A DNA stretch of 63,628 bases, filler included, from Olpidium bornovanus S191 (lineage: Eukaryota; Fungi; Olpidiomycota): NCBI GenBank assembly GCA_017911155.1. It is 26 parts of 26 records of this genome, joined end to end, with 100 filler letters (N's around TTAATTAATTAA, not from the genome) between each part and the next. Parts side by side here need not be neighbours in the genome. Positions count along the whole stretch, not along the records: positions 52,889 to 56,675 come from JAEFCI010011853.1; positions 56,776 to 58,195 come from JAEFCI010006879.1; positions 58,296 to 59,499 come from JAEFCI010011435.1; positions 59,600 to 61,707 come from JAEFCI010006864.1; positions 61,808 to 63,628 come from JAEFCI010002505.1; 21 more parts are not named here. One strand, given 5' to 3'. The translations under genes were made by a program, and so were the position numbers. Of the stretch, positions 52,789 to 63,628 are shown piece by piece. Position 1 is the first letter of the stretch. Each line of letters starts with the position of its first letter. The notes beneath the pieces are model-generated. The model worked only from the letters and a program-made list of their open reading frames with translations, was not told the DNA's origin and searched no databases.

Positions 52789-53444
52789 NNNNNNNNNNNN
52801 NNNNNNNNNNNNNNNNNNNNNNNNNNNNNNNNTTAATTAATTAANNNNNNNNNNNNNNNNNNNNNNNNNNNNNNNNNNNNNNNNNNNNCATGGGGCGACG
52901 GGAAAAAGAAGGGGTCCAGGGAAAGGAAAATGGGGAGATCGGGCAAATTCAAACTGCTCCTCCCGCGCTTTCTCTCGCTCCCTCTGGGCCTCACCGGCTT
53001 TTCTTTTCCAGCATTCCAGGAAACACGTCGCTGTGAATTTTGCCCGGCGGCCGCTTTACTCGATCATTCAAAAAACACTTCGACGCCCGCCCGCCCACGG
53101 CCACCCCCCTTAGCGCGCGCGCTTACCCCACGCGCACATGAACAGAGAGAAGAAAGGGGTCACGTCGTTATCGAAAACGACGGCGAAGCGGGACGAGCTC
53201 AGGAGCCCCGGCTCTCGCGGGCCGGGTTGCCCCAGCTTGCGCGAAATATCCTGCTTCATTTTCGCCAGCGGATGAGGCAGCATCGCGCTCGGAGCTGACC
53301 TGCCCGCGGGGGGAGGGGAGGGGGGAATTAGCTTGCGGAATGCGCACCGCGCGTCGGGATGCGTTCGCATTCGAGTCGAAACAGTCGACAAAAGAAGGGG
53401 GAAGTGGGCAGAGAGTGGGCGCGGCGGCGTTCGTGTTTCTGTAC

Positions 53445-55573
53445 CCGTAAATTTCGAGAAGCCCGTATACAAACACGGATAATCCGGCGAGAGACGCTAT
53501 AACAAGCCAGGTGTTATAATATCCTGGAACACCCTCAAGTCAGGCAACGTCGCGGCCGGCCGTTAAAAAAGGGATTCGTTGCGTGACGCGACGGGTCGCA
53601 CCTAGCCAAGCTGCACGCAATGCAGACCGGTATGCGTTAGCGAACGATCCGAGCTCAAGTTTTTTTCTTTTCTTTTCTTTTCGTTTCTTTTCTTTCTCTC
53701 TCTCTTTCCTTTTTTTTTTTTTTTTTTTGCGGCCGGTTTCGCCGCGGCAGAAAAACTCTTTACCAAAGTACAGCGCGACGTGCTCCCCAAAATAATGCCT
53801 CATCAGCGCGATAGGCTGCCTCCCCCTGATAAGGTTGTCGCGGTACAACCTGAGAAGCAGGGCCCGCTCGCAGACGGCGTTCCCCTCTTTCAGCAGGCAA
53901 TCCGCGTTGCCGTCGTGGAGGGCGAACGCCGACTTGTAGGCGCCCTCGTCGACGAGCTGAGCCAGGCCGAAGCTGTGCCTCGCGCCGGGAGTGGACGAGA
54001 ACTTGCCTGGGATGTGCCCCGGCTTCCCCGTCGGGCGGATGAGGATGTCGTACACCAGCGAGGCCCGCGCGGCGCTGGAGAAAAAGTCGAGGATCGCCGG
54101 GTCGAACCCCTGCGCCGGCGGCCCGTCCGCCGGGACCGGGCTCTCGTACCCCGGCAGGCTCGTGAAGGGGATGTACGAGTAGATCTGGCTAGTGCGAAAG
54201 CGCGACGACTCCACGTTCTTGGGCATCGTGTGGCCGAAAACGCTGTCCAGGGCGCGGACCAGGAAGCACGGCGTGTTTTCCGCCACCTCGGTTATCGGCT
54301 GTCGGAAATGGGGGGGGGGGAAGGGAGGGAAAGGGGAAAGCGCGCGCGCTCCCCTCCCGGGACGTAAGGGACCGGGACCGGGAAAACGAAAGTTTTCGGT
54401 CGTCTCCTGCTTTTTTCCTCTCCTCTTTTTGGTTTCTTTTTGCGGAAGATTCCCGGGCAAATCTCTTTCTCCCCCGGTTTTCCACACCTTCAGCCTCGCC
54501 TTGAGCTTCGTCATTTCGGCGGCGGCGCACAGGAAGTCGAACGGGGCGAGGATCTTGACGTATATGTTGCCGCCGTAGAGCGAGGGGTCCCGCTCCAGCA
54601 TCAACCCCTTTTCGAGAAGCGACCGCTCGAACAGGGCCCGGCAGCGGCTGGCCCTGGCCGATTCATCGCCGGCGTCGAAGGTCAACACGTAGTCGAACGT
54701 AGGCGGACCATATGCCAGCTTCACGAGGGCGTCGCCGTTCGGATACATCCCTTCACCGGCCGCGTTAGGACCGGGACCGGATCGGCCGAAATCCCGCCTC
54801 CATCCCCCCCACCGGAGGCTGCGCGAGGTGGCTGTCTTACCCCATTCCGCAAGGGCGCTGCTCAATTCGTATTGCTCCTTCGCATCGCATATCCTTTTGT
54901 AGCGATGCCAGTTTCAGACGAACGCACGCACACGCGCACAACCCCCCCCCTTTCCCCCTTCTCTAATTTCCAAAATGCTTCCGCGCCGTTTTCCACCGCC
55001 TTGCCTGTCAAAAATCTCAATGTCCGCGGGGCGGAGCAACAGCACCCATCGCCGTGCGAATTTCCTGATAGAGACGTCGGGATGTATTGAGGCCGCCATC
55101 GCGTGGTCAAAATTGGCACGCTCCAGGAGCACCTCCGCCTCGAGGTCCGGCTTCTCGTCGGCGGGGGACTGGGCAGCCGGCGTTAGCGGGGTCAGGGGCA
55201 GGGGTCTCCCGCGGCTGCGCGACGCCGCCGGCGCCCCGCCCGCGCGCTCCGCACCCGCGGCTCCCGCGTGCTGCTCGACGTCGGACGGGTCAAAAACCCC
55301 GATGCAGCCGCCGCCGCCGCCGCCGCCGGGCCCGAACTGTCCGAGGACCGCCTCGGGAAAATACGTCGAGGTCGTGCCGACCGCGGCGGCGGATCTCCGG
55401 CGATGGGCGCCGGCGTTCCCGCCCGCGCCCTGGCCGGACGCCCGGGCGCCGGCGGCGGGCGCCGGCGTTCCCGCCGCCGCGCCTGAGTTGAGAGACAAGC
55501 TCGGCTTGCTCCTCCGTTTCCTCGACGGCGGCGGCCCTGCGGACCCCGCACGACGGTCCGTTGCACGGTCCAT
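53445..55573 (-). CDS. Anoctamin/TMEM16, N-terminal part with dimerisation-type domain through TM1 (truncated)
   Basis: FDYVL...FERSLLEKGLMLE...YVKILAPFDFLCAAAEMTKLK; FFSSAARASLVYDIL; FGLAQLVDEGAYKSAFALHDG; QPIALMRHYFGEHVALYF|AWL|GYYNTWL...VFVYG. Confidence 0.92.
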
Positions 55574-56775
55574 TTTTTTTTTTTTTTTTTGTTGTCCGCC
55601 CTGATCAGGGGTGGGAAGAGGGGGGTGTGCGCGTGGGGGGGAAGCTGTTGAGGAAGGGGAGGGGGGGGGAAGGAACGCGCGCGCGGGCGCGCACCCGGCA
55701 ACGGAGGACGAGGGTGACTGCGACCAAAACCCAGAGAGCGCAACAAAAAATTATATAAGTTTAAAATTGAGATTCCTCCTCACCCCCCCCCCACACACAC
55801 ACACACTCGTGCGCGTTCCCGACAACGCGACAGAAAACGCGGGCTGGGAACGTCCCCACCCGCCCCCCTCCGCCGTTCCTGTTTCGCGGACCAATCAAAC
55901 TTCTTCGCTCCCGAAACAAAGGCCGCGGTATAACTCCCATTGTGTACGTGCGCTGGAGTCCTAGAAGGGGCTCGCAAACGCCCGGTGCTCCCTCCTTGCC
56001 GGCCGCGTGATCGCCCGCGAGCGGCGCGCCCCGGAAATTCTAGAAAGCGGCTTTCCGGGGAAGGGGAAGGGGTGGGGGGAGGTGCTTCCCCACTCCTTTT
56101 TTCCGTGGGAATGCGGTAACCCATCAGTTTTGATGGCAGGGAAAGAGTGGAGGAGCGTCGGAGACAAAGACAAGGAAACTTACCAGGGAGGTGCCGGGTG
56201 AATGGTAAGGGTCTCCCGTTCCATTATTCATTTTCGGAGGAGTGGTTGATGCGCGTCTCCCCGCTTGGGATCCCACTAACCATAGATGCCCTCCTCAACT
56301 GCACTTTAATTGTGACTGCCGACACTTTCGAGCAAGCGGCGGTACGGTTCAGTACATGGCCAGCTCGCTTGAAGCTTGGCACAACCGGCGCGCCGCCCGT
56401 GTTCGTACGTGGAATCGAAAGCGTCTGTCGCACCAACGGGCGAAGGTGAATTTCTGCTGAGAACTTTCGTAGTCTCGAATGATTAAACAACATCCCACAC
56501 GGTGAAGTTGGTGTTTCAGATCCGCCGCGGAGCCGGAGAATGCGGTAAAGCGTACCACAAAACTTCCCCCTCCCTTCCTCCCTCACGCCGCGTGCAAGTA
56601 CTGCGAGTTCATTGCCCCGCGGTAGGGACAGACGGGCGCAATCAACGGGCGAAACGACGATTAGCGCTTAACATGNNNNNNNNNNNNNNNNNNNNNNNNN
56701 NNNNNNNNNNNNNNNNNNNTTAATTAATTAANNNNNNNNNNNNNNNNNNNNNNNNNNNNNNNNNNNNNNNNNNNN

Positions 56776-58028
56776 AACGGGAGTCGCATCCGTTGCTTCA
56801 AGGCGGGCATGGCGTGCGGAGATCTGGGTGTTGACCATCTCGAGTCGGCCGGACAGGTGCATGAGCCTGCGGAATGAGGCTAACCGCGCGTCCATTGCCT
56901 GGTAGAAGCCCGACAGCTCCCGGACGAGCTCGGGCACGGTCATGAGGTATCCGGCGTGGAGCAGTAAAGGGGCACGCACCCACTCGAGGAGCTGAGCGGC
57001 CCGGTTCGGCCGCCGCTGAAACCGCGTCACGATCTCCCGAAGCAAAGGGACGACATACTGCGGGGGAAGCCGCCGCACGCTTGACCGGATCACCTCCGGG
57101 TTCGTATGGGTCAGGCACAACTCCAAGAGCTGATGGTCGGCCGAGTGAAGCGCCTGCACCAGTGCCGTCGACAGCGAGCTGGCCTTGGGCGCCCCACCAG
57201 GCACCACCTTCTCACACGCCACCACCCCGTTCGAGGCGCCGCAGACCGGCTTCGCGCCGTCTTCCGCAACTGCGAGATCGTGAAGTCTCTCCTCCAGCGT
57301 CTGCTCGACAGTTCCGTTGATCCCTGCAGATGGGAGGCCAAAATCCGTTGAGTCCAGGATGGTTGTTTTTGTTTCATCATAATTTCTTTTCGTTGCGGCC
57401 TGCAAAGCGCGCCCGCAAGTACCAGAAATCAATAACAGATCGCAAAAATCTCCTATTACTTTGCAAAAAACGAGTACACACATATCTACTTGCTGCAGCG
57501 AATCCGCTGTCCACCAGCAGATTTGTCGCTGGCGGACGCACGAGCCTGATATCTGGTAACAGTGTGCCATTCTCATTGATGTAGTTCTGTTGAAGGGCAA
57601 ACACAGCAAGCAGCTTTTAAGTCTGTGTTTCCCGCAGACAGCCGTTCCAGGTACGTTCCCGGCACACATACCACTCTCTCGAAGACCAGCTTGAGCGCAC
57701 TGCCGCGCGCGACCATCACCTGGCTGTCACCCACGAACGTGGCAGCAAAAATCTGCTGAATATCCGCAGCAAGCACACCATCCTCCGTAGCCTCTTCGCC
57801 CGCGTTATACACTACCAGGGATGCATCCGGTTGTCGAGTCGACGACTTCTTCTTGCTCTTGGCTACCGAAGGCTTTGTCGGGTTCCGCCAAAGCTTCACA
57901 ACTCCCTCGTCCGTGACACAGAGCAGGTCAAAGTCCCCTGCGACCGTGCTTCTTGCAGCAACGGATAGCACGTTCGTATCGACCGTCAGCGCTGAAGACG
58001 CAAAACGCAGGGATAACACAGGGACCAA
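56776..58028 (-). CDS. UTP5: Utp5/WDR43 (Utp12 domain) U3 processome component, internal fragment
   Basis: SLSTALVQALHSADHQLLELCL...IRSSVRRLP...LLEWVR...LLHAGYLMTVP...LMHLSGRLEMV; upstream WD-like exon. Confidence 0.85.
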
Positions 58029-58559
58029 AAAAAAACGCTAAACTGTGAGCGAAGACAGCAACTGACAGGCTGGCGGATGTGACAAAAAGTAATCACCTAT
58101 CGCATCCCCTTGGGTCTCTTGTGCGACGTTCCAAAGATTAATAAATCGGTCTTGATCTGCACTAGTAATACAGAAATCGTCTTCCTCGGAGAATANNNNN
58201 NNNNNNNNNNNNNNNNNNNNNNNNNNNNNNNNNNNNNNNTTAATTAATTAANNNNNNNNNNNNNNNNNNNNNNNNNNNNNNNNNNNNNNNNNNNNCATGC
58301 CAATTTCCGTCTACTTAAGTAAACTGTCATAAATGCACGGCAGTTTAAGGACTGGGCGCTCCACTTCGCATCTTTTACGTGCCCCTTTTTGAAGGCATCA
58401 CTAGGACCTTGCAACACAAACCATTGGACGGGGTGCATATGTGCGGGTGTTTTTACGCAGCCAAACCCCCCAGATATCTCGTTGATATATTGGTAGTCAC
58501 CAACGCGACATCACCGGAAGATATTGCACGACGGTCAACGCGAGCTCCTGCAAAAATAA

Positions 58560-58632
58560 ATCGATGTCGCGCAACGTCGATAAAACGATGTCGCGCGACG
58601 TCGAGGGCACAACGTCGCGCGACGTCGAGGGC
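58560..58632. repeat. Short CpG-rich imperfect tandem repeat (GTCGCGCGACGTCGAGGGC-like)
   Basis: Three to four degenerate copies; a second degenerate repeat (GGTGTTGCAGGCGTACGGAGGG-like) lies at ~58950-59030. Confidence 0.65.
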
Positions 58633-61600
58633 AGTTTGTTTTGGCTTCGGTTTGCTTTAACGTCGAGGAAAGTTTTTATTTGGCGTCGGCGTGGCCGTCC
58701 GCCGGCGCACATCTGCCGCGCGGATTCCGTCACGGCTTTCCCGCCAAAGCTTGCGCACGCAACTTTTCGCGTGACACACTTTTCCCGACGCACTTTTTTT
58801 GACACTTTTCCCGACACGTTTCCGCGCACAACTTCCCGGCACACCTTTTACCACCATACTTTTTCCGTCCCAACTCCGCACGATATCTTTCCGGTCACGA
58901 TTTTCTGGCACAACTTCTTTTCACGACTTTCCGTTCCGGAAAGTGGGGTGGGGGTGTTGCAGGCGCACTGAGGGGGGTGTTGCAGGCGTACGGAGGGGGG
59001 GCGGTGTTGCTGGCGTACGGAGGGCGGTGTCGTACGCGTACGGATATCACGAAGATACGGGCGCGCACATACAAGAGTGTGTTGACGGACACACGGCGGC
59101 CGGTGTGGCCGGTGTGGCCGGTGCCCCTTTCCCGTGTGACACGCACACGCGCCCGGCCCGGCCTGGCTCCACCGGCTCCACCGGCCCCACAGGCTCCACA
59201 GGCTCCACCGGATCCACCGGCACGCTTCGGCTCTAAAGCCAACGCAGAAGAGGATTGCGCCTACGCTGGTGAGTCCGGCTTCCTCGCGCGGGCTCCGTCT
59301 ACCACCGCCTTGTCGCCTGCCGCCGCGACAAGCTCCTCTGCCAGCCCGGCTTCAAAGCCACCGGAGAAGAGGATTGCGCCCACGCAAGTGAGTCAGGTCA
59401 TCACTCGCACGGCCTCGAAGACCCCGAGGACCTTCGAATGAGACCAAAAAATGTATTAGTCAGGGAGGGACAATGGAACGACAATGAAATGACGACATGN
59501 NNNNNNNNNNNNNNNNNNNNNNNNNNNNNNNNNNNNNNNNNNNTTAATTAATTAANNNNNNNNNNNNNNNNNNNNNNNNNNNNNNNNNNNNNNNNNNNNC
59601 AAACGACAAGTCTTCTCAAAAGGTCTCCTTCAGGTGCTGAAAAGTCCGTTCGCGTGATGTTCTTCGAGCGCGTCAAAATGCCGGAAAAATAGTCTTCGCC
59701 GGGCGGTACGGAAACGCATGTGTTCTTTCCGCGATCAAAGAAGCGCGGAACGTCGTCCAAACTAACCTCGACTGGCAACACGCATGCGTGGCCCGCGCGT
59801 CGCGCGTCTCATACTGGGGCGCCAGACGCGTTTCCGTGATGTCCCACGGTGCCCTGCCCTTCGCTGGCCACCGGGCGCGCACCCGAGCCGACGAACTTCG
59901 CCCTCGACGATTTCCCAGTCTCCATAGGGCGAGCGCCAACCCCCCCCCCCCCCAAAATTTTGCGAAAATACGCCCGCGCCGGCCGCCGTTCGTTTATTTC
60001 GAGCTCTGGTGCGTAAGGTAAAATTTTCTCAACCGGGGCGTCCGCAAAAAAAAAAACATCGCGCGATGCAAGATGAAGCCTGAAATGAAAACAAATAAAA
60101 AGTCTTCCTTCACGCAGAACTAATTGGGCGGCAAGTTTAGTTCGTGCTGCTCGCAAAACAGCTTCCGACAACACGAAGGCGCGGTCGTTTGTGTAGTCTA
60201 CAAGATTGCAGGTCAAACCCAACATGCAGGATCTAGCTTACCTGGAAGGGCCTGCTCCCTGATCCTAAAGCCTAAGAGGCTCGGCACAAAGGCCGGATCA
60301 TCTTTTCTGCGCTTTCCATCCGCCGCTCATCTCACCGGGCTTGGGAATAGGGCCTTGCCTTCTAGAGCCGCGTGTGCGTCTATGCTCGGCTGGTGCGCGA
60401 CCCGTGCGCTTTCTCAAACGGACGCGAGCTTGCTCCTCACCAGGAGCTCCTTCGGGACGGCGGCAGGAGGGTTGGCGCAAAGGCGGGTTGACCGTCGGTT
60501 CTTGTTTCAAACGGTTTCTGCGCGGACTCTTTCAGGACGCTAGCGGACGGGTTCCGTCCGGTACTGTCAAACCACTGAGTGGCATCTTGCCGAACAAATT
60601 GGGAGGCGGCGGAGACTCGCCGAAAAATGCTCGCCGCGCAATGGCCAATTAAGGAGAAAGTACGGAATCGGATCGCATAAAAAAGAAGAACGTGCACGAC
60701 GAGGGGGCGATCGACGTCCTGCAGCTCACTCTCGCCTGCGACTGCTCGCAAGTCACCCGCTATGCGGCGGTAGAGTTCTACGACGGTTCATGGATAGTCT
60801 TCTCCTGCGCGGTTTCTCCGCAGTTCCACGACCTCTTGCGAATTTATGCTTGTTGTTATTTTGAAAAGCCAAAAAAGCACGGACATCTATTGGAAGTCGT
60901 CGCTACAAAAGGCGTCGTCTTTGAGCCGATAGCCAGGGTTACGAAAAATTAGGCTACACATTCGCCTTTCTGTTTGTCAGTGGCCGTACAAATGTTTAAA
61001 GCCAGCATGGTTTTTTCGACTGTAAAATGCAAACGTGGTTGCATTTAAGCGTGGGGTTCCCGCGGATCGTGTGGTGGATAAAGTCTTAAAAGTTGCACCT
61101 GTCCTTTGCTGCAGTAGTTGCAGGCGCCCCATACGCCTTGCAAGGAGGTTGTGGGGCAAGTCGGGGACGAAAACGATGGCGTGCCGGCCGCGACGGCGTC
61201 AGTGTTCCGGCAGAGCGGCGGAGAGCGTCGGTATGGCGGGTGAGGCGGAGAGGGGGCGAAGACAGCTCCGATGGCGGGGAGGATGATGGCGCTCCCCAGT
61301 TCGCCGGGGGGGACCAACTGTGCCGAAAGCGGCGCCGATGATGGTCGCGCAGGGGCGACGGCGGGGACGAGGCTGCGGCAGCGGCCTGCAGGTTGCGTTA
61401 GCGGCTCTCCGGATTGACGGGGCGAGAGAGGCGGAGAGCGGCAGCGGCGGCGGCGGAGCCGTTTCTCAAATACAACTTGGGCTCATAACCTGTTCGTTTT
61501 GGTTGTTTTCCGCAGGGTTGCGGAACGCGTAACATTACGCAACTACAGCTACATACTGTATAACATTCAGGGTTTCCGACCGCTGACCATGGCGAACGAC

Positions 61601-62867
61601 AGCTGTCAGGAGAAGGTCCTGGTCAGCTCGCCGTTTCCGCCGGGCCCTATTCGCCCCGGGATTTCAGGGGCGGTTTCGCCTGGCTCGGATGATTCGCGCG
61701 CGGTTCCNNNNNNNNNNNNNNNNNNNNNNNNNNNNNNNNNNNNNNNNNNNNTTAATTAATTAANNNNNNNNNNNNNNNNNNNNNNNNNNNNNNNNNNNNN
61801 NNNNNNNAAGGGTGGTTGGTTTGGTTTTGTTGCATCTGTTGCTAAGCGCGGGCTGTCCCCCGTTCACTCCATCTGCACATTTCAAGGTCGCATACTATTA
61901 AAAGGAGACAATATTACTCTCATCATGTCTCTTGGATGAATGGCTGGACGGCCCACGTTAATTCTTAGCTGCATAAACTGGGTCGCGCCTCACGACCTTC
62001 CTGGTATATCCAATGAAAACCGACATCCGAAAAAGGAAAGAAAAACAAAAAGAAAAAAAAAAAAAGCAAACAAAGACTAAAAAGGAAAACCGCGCGTCAC
62101 TCGGCGCGCCCCGCCGGAATGAGCGTTTTGCAGTTTTGGGCGCCGTGCTACGCGCCATGCGACGGAGCAGGACGGCGTATTAGGCGACCCGGCCGCCTCC
62201 CTGCGGGTTCGCAGGCCGGGTCGTCGGGCGCAAGCAGCGCGGACAGACGAGGGGGCGTGGCGGTACCGAGTGCCCGCGCGGCAGAGATGCCCCCGGGGTG
62301 CTCTGCAACACACGGAGCGGGGCGCTGCTCGAAGTATGTCAAACGGGCATTCCGACCACGTAGTCCGGCTGCCCATAACCTACGGCACGAGTGACGTCGT
62401 CTGACAGCGGAGACGGCTGGATTGAGGGAAGGCGAACGCCGCACTCGGGGACGCACAGGGGGCGGAAGGGGTGTGCGTGCCAGTTGAGAGAACTGTCACT
62501 CGACAGCGCATGACCCGCCGTGATTTGGAAACCAAAAAGTAACCAGGGCGGACGGCGAGATTTTTTGGGGTGTACTGGTTGTACTCCTTTGTGGAGTGTA
62601 TCAGTTGTAAACCTATGACACGACATCCAGTGCCTACAAAAAAATGAAAACTAAGACATCCAGTGCCTACAAAAAAAATAAAACAAGAAACATGCTTGTG
62701 GGCTTCTAAAAAAGCGTGACTGAAGGGAGTTTCCCAGGGGACGGAATGGGATAAAAAAAAAATCAAAAAAAGAAACATGATGTTTGCGGGTTTCTGAAAA
62801 AGCGTTTGAAGGGAGTTTCCCAGGGGACAGAGGGCGGGTGGGATCAAGGATTTTCGTTGGCGCCGTC

Positions 62868-63628
62868 CTAGCAGTCTATGCCGAGGTCGCGGCTGCCGTG
62901 GACGCCTTCCTTCACGGCGCGGTCGACGTGGAAGCGCTTGAGCTCGTCCTTGACGTCGTCGGCGGCGTCCTCGAACGTATCCTCAATGTCGTCGCGGATG
63001 CCGTCAACCGTCTCGCCGGCGGCGTCATCGAACGTATCCTCAATGGCCGGAGATCCTCACGGTGCGGCGGCGGCCGAAGCGCTTGCGCTTGTCCTTGGCC
63101 TCCTCCTCATTGGCGGCCTCCTCCTCATTGGCGGCCTCCTCCTCCTCGGCGGACTCCTCGGCGCCGTCGCCGGCGGGGTCGCCCTCCAACGTACCCTCAA
63201 TGTCTTCGCGGATGCCGTCAACCGTCTCTTTGGCGGTGTCGTCAACCGTATCGTTAATGTTGTCGCGGATGCCGTCAGCCGTCTTGTCGGCGGCGTCATC
63301 GATCGTATCGCCAATGCGGCGAAAGCCGTCAACCGTCTTGTCGGCGGCGTCAACGATCGTTTCCCCAACGTTCTCGCCGAAGTTCTCTACCTTCTCGCCG
63401 ACCTTCTCGAGCTCGTCTTTGGCCTTTTTGAAACTCTCGAACGCATCGAAGAGGCCGCGGCGGCGGAGGCGGCCGTGTGTGGTGACGTGGTCGCGGATGG
63501 TGTCCTTCATGGTGACGGCGCCGTCCCAGTACTCGTCGGCGATGTCCTTGGTGGCCTGGCCGATGTCCGGGAAGACGTCGCGGAAGCGGCCGGCCTTGAC
63601 GTCGTCGTAGACGGTCACGAAGCCGTCG
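62868..63628 (-). CDS. Acidic amphipathic-repeat (LEA/apolipoprotein-like) protein, 3' part; start is outside the window
   Basis: 18-19-aa repeats TVDGIRDDIEDTFEDAADD. One frame break near 63040-63060 separates repeat 3 from repeat 4 and the C-terminus, which ends at TAG 62868-62870. Confidence 0.65.

Overview
This is eukaryotic, GC-rich, intron-containing fungal DNA. It is not one locus: 26 short contigs (about 1.1-6.2 kb) are joined by 25 artificial 100-bp spacers (N44-TTAATTAATTAA-N44), so neighbouring genes on different contigs cannot be treated as linked. A ciliary microtubule-inner protein (CIMIP1/C20orf85-like) and a centrin-3 point to a flagellated, zoosporic early-diverging fungus. 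An Olpidium-like root parasite is my inference and is not proven. Recognisable genes, mostly truncated by gaps: CYC8/SSN6, a TMC channel, NTE1, an F-box protein, a DXO/Rai1-family nuclease, a CC1-box coiled-coil protein, FAB1, a secreted GH32, a CRAL-TRIO protein, PNS1, POL1, a UBL+PH protein, MAP1, CDC31, a CIMIP1-like protein, an ABCC transporter, MPE1, an anoctamin, UTP5 and an LEA-like repeat protein. There are also Copia, Gypsy and Tc1-like relics and a 71-bp satellite. Most notable: a secreted GH32 with two of three catalytic acids lost (WMNDP to WMSIP, RDP to RGP), a TMC mechanosensory-channel homolog and an animal-type anoctamin in a fungus, and a divergent but catalytically intact DXO whose motif is joined across a GC-AG intron. 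All family calls come from motif recognition by eye; no database search was run.
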